Below are positions 44,600 through 53,426 of a stretch of 64,000 nucleotides of DNA, piece by piece (position 1 is the first letter of the stretch; every line of letters starts with the position of its first letter). A program made the position numbers and the translations under genes. This DNA comes from a virus. Lineage: Duplodnaviria > Caudoviricetes. The stretch lies in IMG/VR virus record IMGVR_UViG_3300028485_000001, positions 21,360 through 85,359 of that record; one strand, given 5' to 3'. The notes beneath the pieces are model-generated. The model was given only the letters and a program-made list of their open reading frames with translations, ran no database searches and was not told where the DNA came from.

Positions 44600-44824
44600 T
44601 CATACGCTTGCGTGCTCCAGGTACCGCCGGTACGTCTCGTAGCTGATCCGCTCGGCGTCCACCTCCCTCATGTGCGCGCCGCAGACCGGCACGTCGTCGC
44701 ACAACTCCCCGCACTCGACGTCGTAGCCGAGACGGACCACCTCCACCACGCACCGCACCTCCACGTCGGGCACCTCCTCCGACAGGTAGTAGCGGTCCTC
44801 GATCGTGAGAGTCACCGAATTCAC
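44600..44824 (-). CDS. Cys-containing hypothetical protein
   Basis: C...ECGELC...VCGAH. Confidence 0.5.
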   Translation of the reverse strand: MNSVTLTIEDRYYLSEEVPDVEVRCVVEVVRLGYDVECGELCDDVPVCGAHMREVDAERISYETYRRYLEHASV

Positions 44825-45270
44825 CCCTCCGGGTCGGTGGTCATGGACAGGCGGCCGTAGACGCGCTCGATCTCGCTGCGCGCGGCGATCTCACCGTCGC
44901 CCGGCAGGGTGTAGGAGCTGCGGACGATCGCGATGTGCTTGGCCCGGCTGTCGCCCTGGTCGACGTAGACGTTGCTGCACAGGTCCCGCCAGTAGGTGCC
45001 CGCCTCGGTGGTGGGGGCGGTGCCGATGGCGGGCTGTGCCTTGATCCACGCGGCCACGGCCCAGAGCGCGTCCTCCGTGGCGGGGTCGACCACGCGGCCG
45101 GGGAAGTGCAGGCCCGCCTGGGCGCTGTCGGCGAGGTCCGGGTGGACGGCTTCCCCGCGGGTGAGGCGGTCACACACGTCGAGGCCGACGGCGAGGTTGT
45201 GGCGGAGGATCTTGTCGCGGTCGGGGAGGGTGGCGGCAAAGGCGCGGATCGTGGTGATGTTCTGGTCCAT
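44821..45270 (-). CDS. Hypothetical protein
   Basis: GAGGAG RBS. Confidence 0.6.
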   Translation of the reverse strand: MDQNITTIRAFAATLPDRDKILRHNLAVGLDVCDRLTRGEAVHPDLADSAQAGLHFPGRVVDPATEDALWAVAAWIKAQPAIGTAPTTEAGTYWRDLCSNVYVDQGDSRAKHIAIVRSSYTLPGDGEIAARSEIERVYGRLSMTTDPEG

Positions 45271-45281
45271 GGTGGTTCTCC

Positions 45282-45491
45282 TCAGGTGTGGTCGGCGACG
45301 ATACGGCGGGCGATCGCGGACAGGTTGCGGTTGATCTTGTACTTGCGGATCAGGTGCCCGGCGCCCGAGGTGCCCATGGCGGCGGCGCGACCCTCGGTGG
45401 CGTTGACGTCGAGGAACTGGCAGGCGGCGGCCACGTCGAGGCGGGTGGCGTTGGCGGAGATGTCAGCGGCGACGGTGTCGATGGTGTCCAT
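45282..45491 (-). CDS. Hypothetical protein
   Basis: AGGAGG RBS. Confidence 0.55.
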   Translation of the reverse strand: MDTIDTVAADISANATRLDVAAACQFLDVNATEGRAAAMGTSGAGHLIRKYKINRNLSAIARRIVADHT

Positions 45492-45500
45492 GGGGGCCTC

Positions 45501-45857
45501 CTATGCGGCAAGTGCGAGCAGCTCGGTACGGGCGGCCTTGAAAGCGTCGTTGCGCGGCTTGTAGCCGACGAGCCCGCCCATGACCTGCCCCTGCGTGTAC
45601 CGGGTGCAGCGGCGGCGGATCCCGTCCTTCCGGGCGAACCCCTTCACCCCGCCGTCGATCCTCTTCCGCAGCGTCGCCGCCATTCCGGTCGCGACCGTGT
45701 CGTCCACTCCGAGCGCCCGCAGGTGCCCGGCGACCGTGCGCAGCCCGTCCCGGTGTGCGGCCTTGGCGGCGGTGCGAGTGGCGACGTCGGCGCGGCGCTG
45801 GAGGCGGCGCATCTCCTTCTTGATGCGGGCTTCGGCGATGGTGGGGCGGCGGCGCAT
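45501..45857 (-). CDS. Basic hypothetical protein, first gene of its operon
   Basis: GGAGG RBS; Arg/Lys-rich. Confidence 0.6.
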   Translation of the reverse strand: MRRRPTIAEARIKKEMRRLQRRADVATRTAAKAAHRDGLRTVAGHLRALGVDDTVATGMAATLRKRIDGGVKGFARKDGIRRRCTRYTQGQVMGGLVGYKPRNDAFKAARTELLALAA

Positions 45858-45897
45858 GTGGTCCTCCGGGGGTCCGTCGTGCTGATGCCTCCAGTGT

Positions 45898-45963
45898 ATG
45901 CCTACATCGTAGCCATGGCAAGTAGGCATATGAAATTGGCCTACGCCATGACATCATTGAGGC
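45898..45963. promoter_or_regulatory. Divergent promoter/operator region
   Basis: ATGCCTAC-N16-GTAGGCAT inverted repeat; - strand TTCATA-N17-TACGAT; CATCAT-N6-ATG on +. Confidence 0.55.
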
Positions 45964-46221
45964 ATGGACAGGGACACACTCACCACAGCAGGCGAAGCGA
46001 CCCGGCATTGGAAGAGCCTCGAAGACCAGATGAAGGAGGCCAAGACCGAACGCGACGAAGCCATTCGCACCGCCGACACAGACGGGTGGACTCAAACGGA
46101 CCTGGTCAAAGAGACCGGGCTGACTCGCGAGACCATCCGACGGATCGTGAACCCCGAGGCTGCCGAAGCCGTCAAGAAGGCCGCAGCCGAGAAGCGGCGC
46201 GCAAAACGAGAGGAGTCCTGA
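45964..46221 (+). CDS. Small coiled-coil/HTH regulator
   Basis: GWTQTDLVKETGLTRETIRRIV HTH; no SD. Confidence 0.7.
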   Translation: MDRDTLTTAGEATRHWKSLEDQMKEAKTERDEAIRTADTDGWTQTDLVKETGLTRETIRRIVNPEAAEAVKKAAAEKRRAKREES

Positions 46222-46913
46222 TGGGCACCATCGACCTCTCTCACCTGGACCCTGATGACCTAGGCGACGACGCGGCAACGGCTCAAGAAATACTTAAGGA
46301 CAGCGACGCCTTGCGCCGCCTTCTTCACGAGGCCAGCCGTCCGGCGCGGGAGGCCTCGGAGCAACTGGCGAAGGTCAACATTCAAGGTCTCAGGGAGGCG
46401 ATGCTTCCCGCTGAAGAGCTCTCACGGCAGCTGACCCAGTTCCACCGGTCGTTCGCCGCGTCTCTCTCGGAGATCATCAAGCAGAGCGGCCTAGAGAGGG
46501 ACCACCTCAGCAAGCTCGCGGAGTCCGCTCGATCCCAGGCGCGAATGAGTGCGGAGATCTTTGAGAGCGCTCGCAGGCTGACTGCCCCACCGTCTGTGAT
46601 CCGCGCCGTGGAGATCTACCAACACGACGCACAGGAATCGCTTCAACGGGTCGAAGAGATCCAAAAGTTGGAGGCGGGCGCCCATGACGACGAGACGCCG
46701 GACGACATCGCTGTACGCGCACTCCAACAGTCGGTGGTGCAGACCGAGCTTGTACAGCGGCAAGGAGAGGTCTTCGAGAGCATGCTGAAGGTCCTCGAAG
46801 AACAGCTTGCTGACAGCCGCCAGGGCGAGCGGGCCGCCAACGTGAAGTGGTGGATTGCGACCGCCATCACGATCGCTTCGCTGCTAGTAGCGCTCTTTGC
46901 CCTTCTGCCGTAA
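46221..46913 (+). CDS. C-terminally anchored coiled-coil membrane protein
   Basis: TGATG coupling; C-terminal TM WWIATAITIASLLVALFALLP. Confidence 0.6.
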   Translation: MGTIDLSHLDPDDLGDDAATAQEILKDSDALRRLLHEASRPAREASEQLAKVNIQGLREAMLPAEELSRQLTQFHRSFAASLSEIIKQSGLERDHLSKLAESARSQARMSAEIFESARRLTAPPSVIRAVEIYQHDAQESLQRVEEIQKLEAGAHDDETPDDIAVRALQQSVVQTELVQRQGEVFESMLKVLEEQLADSRQGERAANVKWWIATAITIASLLVALFALLP

Positions 46914-46922
46914 CTCGATGCT

Positions 46923-46957
46923 GAAGCCCGCCCCGCTTCCCTGGGGCGGGCTTCCTC
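46923..46957 (+). terminator. Terminator hairpin
   Basis: GAAGCCCGCCCC...GGGGCGGGCTTC followed by CTCTT. Confidence 0.7.
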
Positions 46958-46996
46958 TTGGGCTCCCCGTGGCCCGATCCCGGGTAACCCCCCGAC

Positions 46997-47968
46997 GTGG
47001 ACATCGAACCCATGCTCGCCAGCGCCGTCACCGAACTCCCCACCGGCGACGGCCTCCTCTACGAGCCCAAGTGGGACGGGTTCCGGTGCGTGGGCTCGAC
47101 CGGCCCGGTGCGGATGTCCTCCAAGTCGGGTCGGCCGCTGTTCAGCCGGTTCCCCGAGATCGGGGACGCGCTGGCCGACCGGATGCCCGCGGGGGTCACG
47201 CTGGACGGGGAGATCGTCCGCTGGTCCGACGAGGGGCGCCTGGACTTCGCGGCCCTGCTGCGCCGCAACTCCGCCTCGCCCCGGCGGGCGCGCCAGTTGT
47301 CGCGGACCGAGCCCTGCCACTACGTGGTCTTCGACGTGTTGGAGCTCGACGGCCACGACTGGACCCGGCGTTCGCTCGCACGGCGGCGCGAGGCGTTGGA
47401 GGAGCTGATGGGCGACGTGGTCCAGCCATCCCCACTCACCCTCGGCTGGCAGACAGCAGACCCCAACGAAGCCATGGAGTGGTGGGAAGACCTACCCGCG
47501 GTCGGCATCGAAGGGCTCATGATCAAAGACAGCCGCCGCTCCTACCGGCCCGGCGCGAGAGGGTGGTCCAAGCTCAAGCACAGGTCGACCACCGAGGCCA
47601 TCGTCGGTGGGGTCATCGGGAGCGTGCACCGGCCTTTCGCGCTGCTCCTCGGCCGCGTCGATCCTGAGACGGGCGTGCTCCGTGTCGCCGGACGATCGGG
47701 CGAGCTGGGGTACACAGCAGCCGAAGAGATCGCCGCGATGCTCCACAAAACCTCCGGCGGCGACCACCCTTGGCCGGCCACCCTCGCACCCGGGTGGGGG
47801 TCACGGATCCGGCAGTCCTATTCGCAGGTCGAACCAGATCTCGTCGTGGAGATCTCGCCGGACACAGCCACCGCTGGCGGGCGCTGGCGCCATGAGGTCC
47901 GGTACGTGAGGCCCCGGCCCGACCTGCGACCGGAGGACGTGCCGACCGGGCTGGATACGGAGACCTAG
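46997..47968 (+). CDS. ATP-dependent DNA ligase (LigC/LigD ligase-domain type)
   Basis: EPKWDGFR, LDGEIV, VFDVL, EGLMIK, WSKLKH. Confidence 0.92.
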   Translation: MDIEPMLASAVTELPTGDGLLYEPKWDGFRCVGSTGPVRMSSKSGRPLFSRFPEIGDALADRMPAGVTLDGEIVRWSDEGRLDFAALLRRNSASPRRARQLSRTEPCHYVVFDVLELDGHDWTRRSLARRREALEELMGDVVQPSPLTLGWQTADPNEAMEWWEDLPAVGIEGLMIKDSRRSYRPGARGWSKLKHRSTTEAIVGGVIGSVHRPFALLLGRVDPETGVLRVAGRSGELGYTAAEEIAAMLHKTSGGDHPWPATLAPGWGSRIRQSYSQVEPDLVVEISPDTATAGGRWRHEVRYVRPRPDLRPEDVPTGLDTET

Positions 47969-48004
47969 CCCCACGCGGACGTCGCGGCTGAGATCATCAC
48001 CCCC

Positions 48005-48226
48005 ATGGACGACATAGTGGACGTGCGCCTCATCGGCGGCCCCATGGACGGCGCGACCCTCCCCGTGGACCGCACGGAGATCGACGTGCCCGACGACGAG
48101 CTGCCCGGCCTCACCATCATCCCCGAGGACGGCAGCAGCGCACCGGACGGCCTGACACGGGCGTCCTACGGTGCCCGCCCCGGAGAGGACCCCACCGCGT
48201 GGCATTGGGAGTGCTGGGTGCCGTAG
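48005..48226 (+). CDS. Hypothetical protein
   Basis: VRLIGGPMDG motif. Confidence 0.55.
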   Translation: MDDIVDVRLIGGPMDGATLPVDRTEIDVPDDELPGLTIIPEDGSSAPDGLTRASYGARPGEDPTAWHWECWVP

Positions 48227-48231
48227 ACGCG

Positions 48232-48258
48232 AAAAGCCCCACCGAAGGTGGGGCTTTC
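48232..48258. terminator. Bidirectional terminator
   Basis: AAAAGCCCCACC-GAA-GGTGGGGCTTT between convergent genes. Confidence 0.8.
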
Positions 48259-48297
48259 ATCCCCCGCAGAGGCGGGGCTTGCGTCTCTCGGCGGCCA

Positions 48298-48620
48298 TCA
48301 GGGGCGAGTGAGGCTGCGATCCACCTCTTGCCTGCGGACCAGGCAGTCGGACCAGGTCGCGGTGAGGTCCTCGTAGGACTCGTCGTCGCGGACGGCGAAC
48401 CCGTGGACGACCGCGTCCTCCCACCCAAACCGGGCCACGTACTCGTCGAACGGGTCCTGCGGCTCGACTCCGGGCATGAGCGGGGTGATGGCACTCTGGG
48501 CGAGGATGTCCCGGCCGCGGGTAGACATGTCCAGGCTGGTGGGGCGAACCGCTCCACCCATCCGGGGTGGTAGGTGTCCATGTGGTGGGCGCCCCGGTGG
48601 ACGCGGTCCTCGATCGTCAT
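48298..48620 (-). pseudogene. Frameshifted hypothetical gene
   Basis: MTIEDRVHRGAHHMDTYHPGWVERFAP continues as TSLDMS...DLTATW only after a 1-nt shift in a G4 run at 48541-48544. Confidence 0.55.
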
Positions 48621-48700
48621 CGTCATCTCCTCGCATTGCGAACTTGCCCACCCCAAGGGGGAAGGTCATCCCCGCCGGAGCGGGGCCCCGGAATGTCTAC

Positions 48701-49318
48701 TCAGAGCGCATTCATCAGCCCCGTGAAGTCGGTATAGCCGGGCGGCGGGCCGCCCTTGACCTTGGCCTCGTCCCGGCGGGCGTGCAGGACGCCGTTCTCG
48801 ATGTAGGCCCGCCAGCCGCGGCGGGAGGCCAGCACCATGCCGACGACCTCCAGCACCTGCGGATCCTCGTCCTGCCAGGACGGCCGGATCTCGTACCGGT
48901 CCGCACTCGTGTTGCCCCAGGCGGCGTCCACCGGCCAGACCGCGCCGTCGTCCGCCACCGCGACGATGCTCACCGGCAGGCCGGTGCCGTCGCGACCCTC
49001 GATACGGGTGTTCCTGAGCAGGACCCACAGCTCCCGGGCGGCGCTGGCCGCCTCCACGATCACGTGGTTGATGTCACGGCGGGTGATGCCGCCGTGGCCG
49101 CGCGCCCAGTCCGCGTACAGGTCCGGGCTGCGGTTGATCACCGCCCGCCACTGGGCGAGCTGCTGGCGGGCGGTGCGTCGCACGTCGTCCGGTTCCCAGC
49201 CGGGGGCGGTACGCAGGATGATCTGGCCGTCCTCGATCTCCACGAGGTAGTTGTCAGCGTCCTGGACGGCGAGCAGCACGTCCACACGCTCAGCGGTGGT
49301 CTCGATCGGGTCTGCCAC
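48701..49318 (-). CDS. Hypothetical protein
   Basis: GGAGG RBS, GTG start. Confidence 0.55.
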   Translation of the reverse strand: MADPIETTAERVDVLLAVQDADNYLVEIEDGQIILRTAPGWEPDDVRRTARQQLAQWRAVINRSPDLYADWARGHGGITRRDINHVIVEAASAARELWVLLRNTRIEGRDGTGLPVSIVAVADDGAVWPVDAAWGNTSADRYEIRPSWQDEDPQVLEVVGMVLASRRGWRAYIENGVLHARRDEAKVKGGPPPGYTDFTGLMNAL

Positions 49319-49403
49319 GTGATCTCTCCTCCAGTCGGGTAGCCCGCCCAGGCGGCGGGCCATCCCCGCGGGCGCGGGGAGCAGGGGTTACCGGATCGGT
49401 GCG

Positions 49404-50264
49404 TCAGCTGGTCTGCGCGGCGGTGATCAGCGGCTGCACGTCCAGGTGCCAGGTGACCTCCTCCATCGCTCGCTCCGCGCTGTGTTGGGGGGTGATGGGC
49501 GCGACGTCCGGTCCGACCCACACCCAGGCCCCGCCCGCCCGGTACAGCACGCACCGGGCGTCGCCCACGAAGGTCTCCCACACGTCGCCGCAACGCTCCC
49601 AGTTCCGGGAGACCTCCTGCTTGGCGACGGGCACGTACTCGGTGACGGTGTGTGTGGTGGGCAGCGGCTCCGGGGCGGGCGGCTCGACGCCGTGGGGGTG
49701 CTGGTCCAGGTACAGGGTCGCGTCCTTCAGGGAGCGGTCCTGGTCGGTGTCCTTGTGCAGGTGCGCGACCATGGACGTCGCCTTGACCCGCAGGTCTGCG
49801 GCGGCGTCCTGGGGGGGCTCCCACCGCAGCGCCCAGTGGCGGCGGCCCTGCTCCTCCACGGAGATGAGCAGCCAGGTCCGCCCGCCCGCCTGGGTCTGCC
49901 AGGTGTCGTCGGTGAGCCCGTCGTGGCGGTGGACGGTGGCCTTGGTCCAGGTGCGGGTGACGTCGCGGTTGCCGCGGTGGTCGCGGACGGTGACAATGCG
50001 TTCCATGGGGCATCGCTCCTGGTGGTTCTTGACGGCGGTGCTGACGATGTTGCGGTGGACGCCCAGCAGGCGGGCCACCTCGGACTGGCCGCCGCGCCCG
50101 GGGCGGGCGGCGACCATGGCGGCGACGACGGCGTCCCGGTAGGCGGCGGCCTCCCCGACGAGCTGGCGGGCCTGGTCCATGGCCACTCCCGCTTCGGCGT
50201 AGCGGCCCTTCTCGGCCAGGCGGTCGAGCGCCGCTGTGTCCAAGTGGACGTATCTGGGGTCCAT
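49404..50264 (-). CDS. Coiled-coil/HTH regulator fused to a second domain (possible internal start at 50006)
   Basis: QSEVARLLGVHRNIVS; AGGAG RBS before in-frame MERIV; N-terminus homologous to 58215..58652. Confidence 0.6.
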   Translation of the reverse strand: MDPRYVHLDTAALDRLAEKGRYAEAGVAMDQARQLVGEAAAYRDAVVAAMVAARPGRGGQSEVARLLGVHRNIVSTAVKNHQERCPMERIVTVRDHRGNRDVTRTWTKATVHRHDGLTDDTWQTQAGGRTWLLISVEEQGRRHWALRWEPPQDAAADLRVKATSMVAHLHKDTDQDRSLKDATLYLDQHPHGVEPPAPEPLPTTHTVTEYVPVAKQEVSRNWERCGDVWETFVGDARCVLYRAGGAWVWVGPDVAPITPQHSAERAMEEVTWHLDVQPLITAAQTS

Positions 50265-50773
50265 CAGGCCAGCCACTTCGCGACGGTGGTCTGCGACCCG
50301 CAGTCCTCGCACTCGCCGTCGCGGCGGGTGATGGGGACACCGCAGTAGTGGCAGGCGACGGTGGGGGTCGCGGGCGGCGTCGGGTTGGGCACCCAGGTGC
50401 CCTGATGCTTCTCCTCAATGACGGTGAGGGCGCGGCGGCGCTTGAGGGTGGCGTGGGCGTCGAGGTCGCCCTCGAACAGCCGCGCCTGCTCCATGCCGTG
50501 CAGGTGGTTGTCGCTGGTGGTCCTCCACCCGTGGGTAGCGCACTCGGTCTCGTAGGCGTCGCGACTCAGGGGCGCGGGCTTGGTCATGGTGTTCTCCTGC
50601 CTGGTGCGGCGGATGCCGAGGCTGATGCGGTGGGCGAGGGAGACGGCATCGATGACCCAGCGGCGACCGGCCTTGCGTGCGGCGACGGCCCCCATGCGAC
50701 ACCAGGTGTAGACGGTGGCGCGGGCGACGTCCGCGAGCTCGGCGGCTGCGGAGGCGCTGTAGGTGATGGTCAT
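50264..50773 (-). CDS. Excisionase/MerR-like HTH protein with C-terminal Zn ribbon
   Basis: AAAELADVARATVYTWCRMG...WVID; CHYCG...CEDCG. Confidence 0.65.
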   Translation of the reverse strand: MTITYSASAAAELADVARATVYTWCRMGAVAARKAGRRWVIDAVSLAHRISLGIRRTRQENTMTKPAPLSRDAYETECATHGWRTTSDNHLHGMEQARLFEGDLDAHATLKRRRALTVIEEKHQGTWVPNPTPPATPTVACHYCGVPITRRDGECEDCGSQTTVAKWLA

Positions 50774-50802
50774 TCCAGCTCCCTCGGTTGTGCTGACACC
50801 CC

Positions 50803-50842
50803 CATGCTAGGGGTACCCATGACAAGTTTGCAAGGGGTACTC
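50803..50842 (-). promoter_or_regulatory. Promoter with GGGTAC(C/T)C boxes
   Basis: TTGCAA-N18-TAGCAT; boxes at 50811 and 50835. Confidence 0.55.
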
Positions 50843-51117
50843 AAGACATTCGTGAAATGGGGCTCTGACATGCGAAAACCCCCGCCCGCCGCAGCGGACA
50901 GGGGCCGGGTCCAGCACCTCGCGGCATGCCGCGTTCCCCGCTGGACCCTCCCGCGCGCTATGCCCACTGGGCGCACGCGGGGGAATGTGGTGGGGGCACC
51001 GATTGCCACCCGGCACCCCCGTGTCCGACATCTGGCCGGACTCGTCGCTCCCCTCGCAAGGGCGACGTCAGATCCCGCGCACCCGGGACGACTGGGGAAA
51101 GGTGGTGCGCGGGAAGA

Positions 51118-51282
51118 TCAGCGGCCCTTCGGCCCCCAGTGGACACCGTCCATGGGGCCAGGCACCGGCACCTCGGCCGCGCGGGCATCGGCCTCCCACC
51201 GCAGCTCCATCGCGATCAGCTCGCCCTGACGGTCGTAGGCGGCCTGCTCGGCGGCGGTCAGCGGGGCATCAGCGCGACTCAC
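51118..51282 (-). CDS. Small hypothetical protein
   Basis: GTGA overlap, GGGAGG RBS; 54 aa. Confidence 0.45.
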   Translation of the reverse strand: MSRADAPLTAAEQAAYDRQGELIAMELRWEADARAAEVPVPGPMDGVHWGPKGR

Positions 51283-51521
51283 GACGCCTCCCGCGGGAAC
51301 GGTGCGCCCACGCGCACACCGGGCGCGCGCAGCTTCACTTCGAGTGCCGCGGCCGACTCCTCCATCAGCGTCGGCTCCACACCCTCACGGAGCGCCGTCG
51401 CCATCCAGTACCGGGGAGTCCGCCAGATCCGCCAGCCGTCCCCGTGCATGCGCTGGAGTCGTTCGAGCTCCGCGCCGTCTTTGGTGGTGGGGGACGGTGA
51501 AACCCCCGGTGAGGTGTCCAT
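51279..51521 (-). CDS. Small actinomycete hypothetical protein, leaderless
   Basis: GWRIWRTPRYWMAT...PTL; TACTGT-N6-ATG. Confidence 0.6.
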   Translation of the reverse strand: MDTSPGVSPSPTTKDGAELERLQRMHGDGWRIWRTPRYWMATALREGVEPTLMEESAAALEVKLRAPGVRVGAPFPREAS

Positions 51522-51603
51522 GGCACGACAGTAAAAGCGGACACCTGCACTGTTCCGCAGCCACCAGAAGGTAAATCACCCGCAAGATTCTGCGGGTCGG
51601 CTC

Positions 51604-52818
51604 CTACGCGACGCCCGCGCGTTGAGCGAGAGGTCGCAGCTCAGGCGTGGATCGGCGGTGCTCCCTACGCAGCAGCTCCGTCAGCACATCCGCAGTCGAG
51701 GGGTCGTGCCGCACCAGCTCCGGGGCGACCCGTTCGGCATCCAGCAGTGTGTTCACCGCCGCGGCGTCCTGCCGAGTCTGCGTGTACGCGCGCGCCACAT
51801 CGAGGTGCACCTGTGCGCGGCGACCGATCAGGCCCGCGGGCATCGACGCAACGTCGAGGTTTTCGCCGGCGGACACGGCGGACTTCGCGTCCCCGATCTT
51901 CACGCTCGTGCTGATCGTGTGAATGGCCACGTTCGTCGGCCCGAAAGCGGTCCCGTGCAGGTTCAGGTCGGCGCCGAGCCGATCCGCGGCACGCTGCGCC
52001 TGACGGAGGAAACGCGGCACCGCCGCCCGGTCGAACTCCGCAGCAGCCGCGGTCGCCGCGGCCAGCTGGAGCCCGCCGTACACGGACAGCTCCTCCGGCG
52101 TCCCAGGCCGCATCCGCCGCTCCAGAGCCGTCGCCGCGCCCATCGCCAGCTCAGCAGCCTCAGCGGGGTTCCCACGCGAGATGAACACGTAGGACAACCG
52201 GTACGCACCCACTGCAGCGAGGAGGGTTTCGTCCGCCCACTCCGCTGCGGACATGGCACGGTCCGCGGCCTGCCACGCCAGATCCCGCGCGCCCACCCGG
52301 CGGAGCACCGCCGCGGTCGTGTTGTAGACCATCGCCCTGGCGGAGCACACTGCGGGGCGGTCGGCACCCCGGGAGCGTGCCGCGGCTTCGACGTCACGGA
52401 TGAGTCGGGGGAGACGACGCCCGACCTCGTCGTACCGGGTTGCCTGGTAGGCGCCGTAGGCGCGGTTCGCCTCGTCGCGGAGCCGGGGCACGTCCACGGG
52501 CGTGTCGGTGCCGGTCTCGGACACGATGCTTTCGAGAGAGGTGTACCGCATCATGGCGCGCTCGATGGCGTCGGCGGGGGTGTAGCGCATGGTGGGGGTG
52601 CTCCCCTCGGTGGCGTCGCCAGTGAGTTCGATGAGGGGGAGGCGGAGCACGTCAGCGAGCCGCCTCAACACCTCGTGCGAGTCAACTGCGAGCAGACCGC
52701 GTTCGACCTGCGACAGCCACGACTCAGAGCGGCCGACGAGACCAGCGAGCACGGCCTGTGAGTAGCCGCGGCGTTTGCGGTGGCTGCGGATGATTTGGCC
52801 CCTGGTGGCTGCGTCCAC
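51604..52818 (-). CDS. XRE-family HTH regulator with a large helical C-terminal domain
   Basis: IRSHRKRRGYSQAVLAGLVGRSESWLSQVERG; C-terminal FGPTNV...AERVAP; GGGAGG RBS, GTG start. Confidence 0.85.
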   Translation of the reverse strand: MDAATRGQIIRSHRKRRGYSQAVLAGLVGRSESWLSQVERGLLAVDSHEVLRRLADVLRLPLIELTGDATEGSTPTMRYTPADAIERAMMRYTSLESIVSETGTDTPVDVPRLRDEANRAYGAYQATRYDEVGRRLPRLIRDVEAAARSRGADRPAVCSARAMVYNTTAAVLRRVGARDLAWQAADRAMSAAEWADETLLAAVGAYRLSYVFISRGNPAEAAELAMGAATALERRMRPGTPEELSVYGGLQLAAATAAAAEFDRAAVPRFLRQAQRAADRLGADLNLHGTAFGPTNVAIHTISTSVKIGDAKSAVSAGENLDVASMPAGLIGRRAQVHLDVARAYTQTRQDAAAVNTLLDAERVAPELVRHDPSTADVLTELLRREHRRSTPELRPLAQRAGVA

Positions 52819-52832
52819 GCTGGGCCTCCCAT

Positions 52833-53339
52833 CTAGAGAGTACGGACGGTTCGGAGTAGGTGTTCCCACGCGGGGAGTCGGGACTCGTAGGGGGCGTCGT
52901 GGTCGTAGACGAGAGTGACGGCCGGGATCGACGCGAGGGTGTCGAGGCTGCGACGAAAAGCCGGATGCGACGCGAGCTGGGGTTTGCAGTGCGGGACCAC
53001 GACGGTGGGCACGCCGTAGCCGACCATCTCGCACAGGAGCCCAACCGCGAAGGAGTCGGCGTTGCCCTGCGCGAACTTGTTCACCGAGTTGAAGGTGAGA
53101 GGGCAGGCGAGCACGGCGTCGGCGGGCGGAGACCCTTCGCCTTCTCCGGGCATCCGGTACTCGGTGCGGACGGGCGCCCCGGTGAGCTGGACGAGTTCGG
53201 CGGTGTCGTGGAAATGCACGCCCATAGGGGTGGAAAAGCACACCACACGCCAGCCGTCACCCTGGAGGAGCCGGACGAGCTCGGGGGTACCTTCGGGGGC
53301 TGGTGCGCCGGAGAGGACGAGGTAGAGGGTTTTCGCCAT
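52833..53339 (-). CDS. HFCD-family flavoprotein (EpiD/PPC-decarboxylase fold), leaderless
   Basis: LVLSGAP, STPMG, ACPLTFNSVNKFAQGNAD; TACACT-N6-ATG. Confidence 0.8.
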   Translation of the reverse strand: MAKTLYLVLSGAPAPEGTPELVRLLQGDGWRVVCFSTPMGVHFHDTAELVQLTGAPVRTEYRMPGEGEGSPPADAVLACPLTFNSVNKFAQGNADSFAVGLLCEMVGYGVPTVVVPHCKPQLASHPAFRRSLDTLASIPAVTLVYDHDAPYESRLPAWEHLLRTVRTL

Positions 53340-53426
53340 GACGGCAGTGTAGGCCGGAGGGCCTGGGAGGTAGGGTGGTTCGTGAACGGGCCTCTTGCCG
53401 CTGCGTAGGCGAGGGCCCGTTTTGTG

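Noticed and set aside
45288-46220. 541-aa plus-strand ORF
   Set aside because: The 5' part is antisense to real minus-strand genes; only 46221..46913 looks coding.
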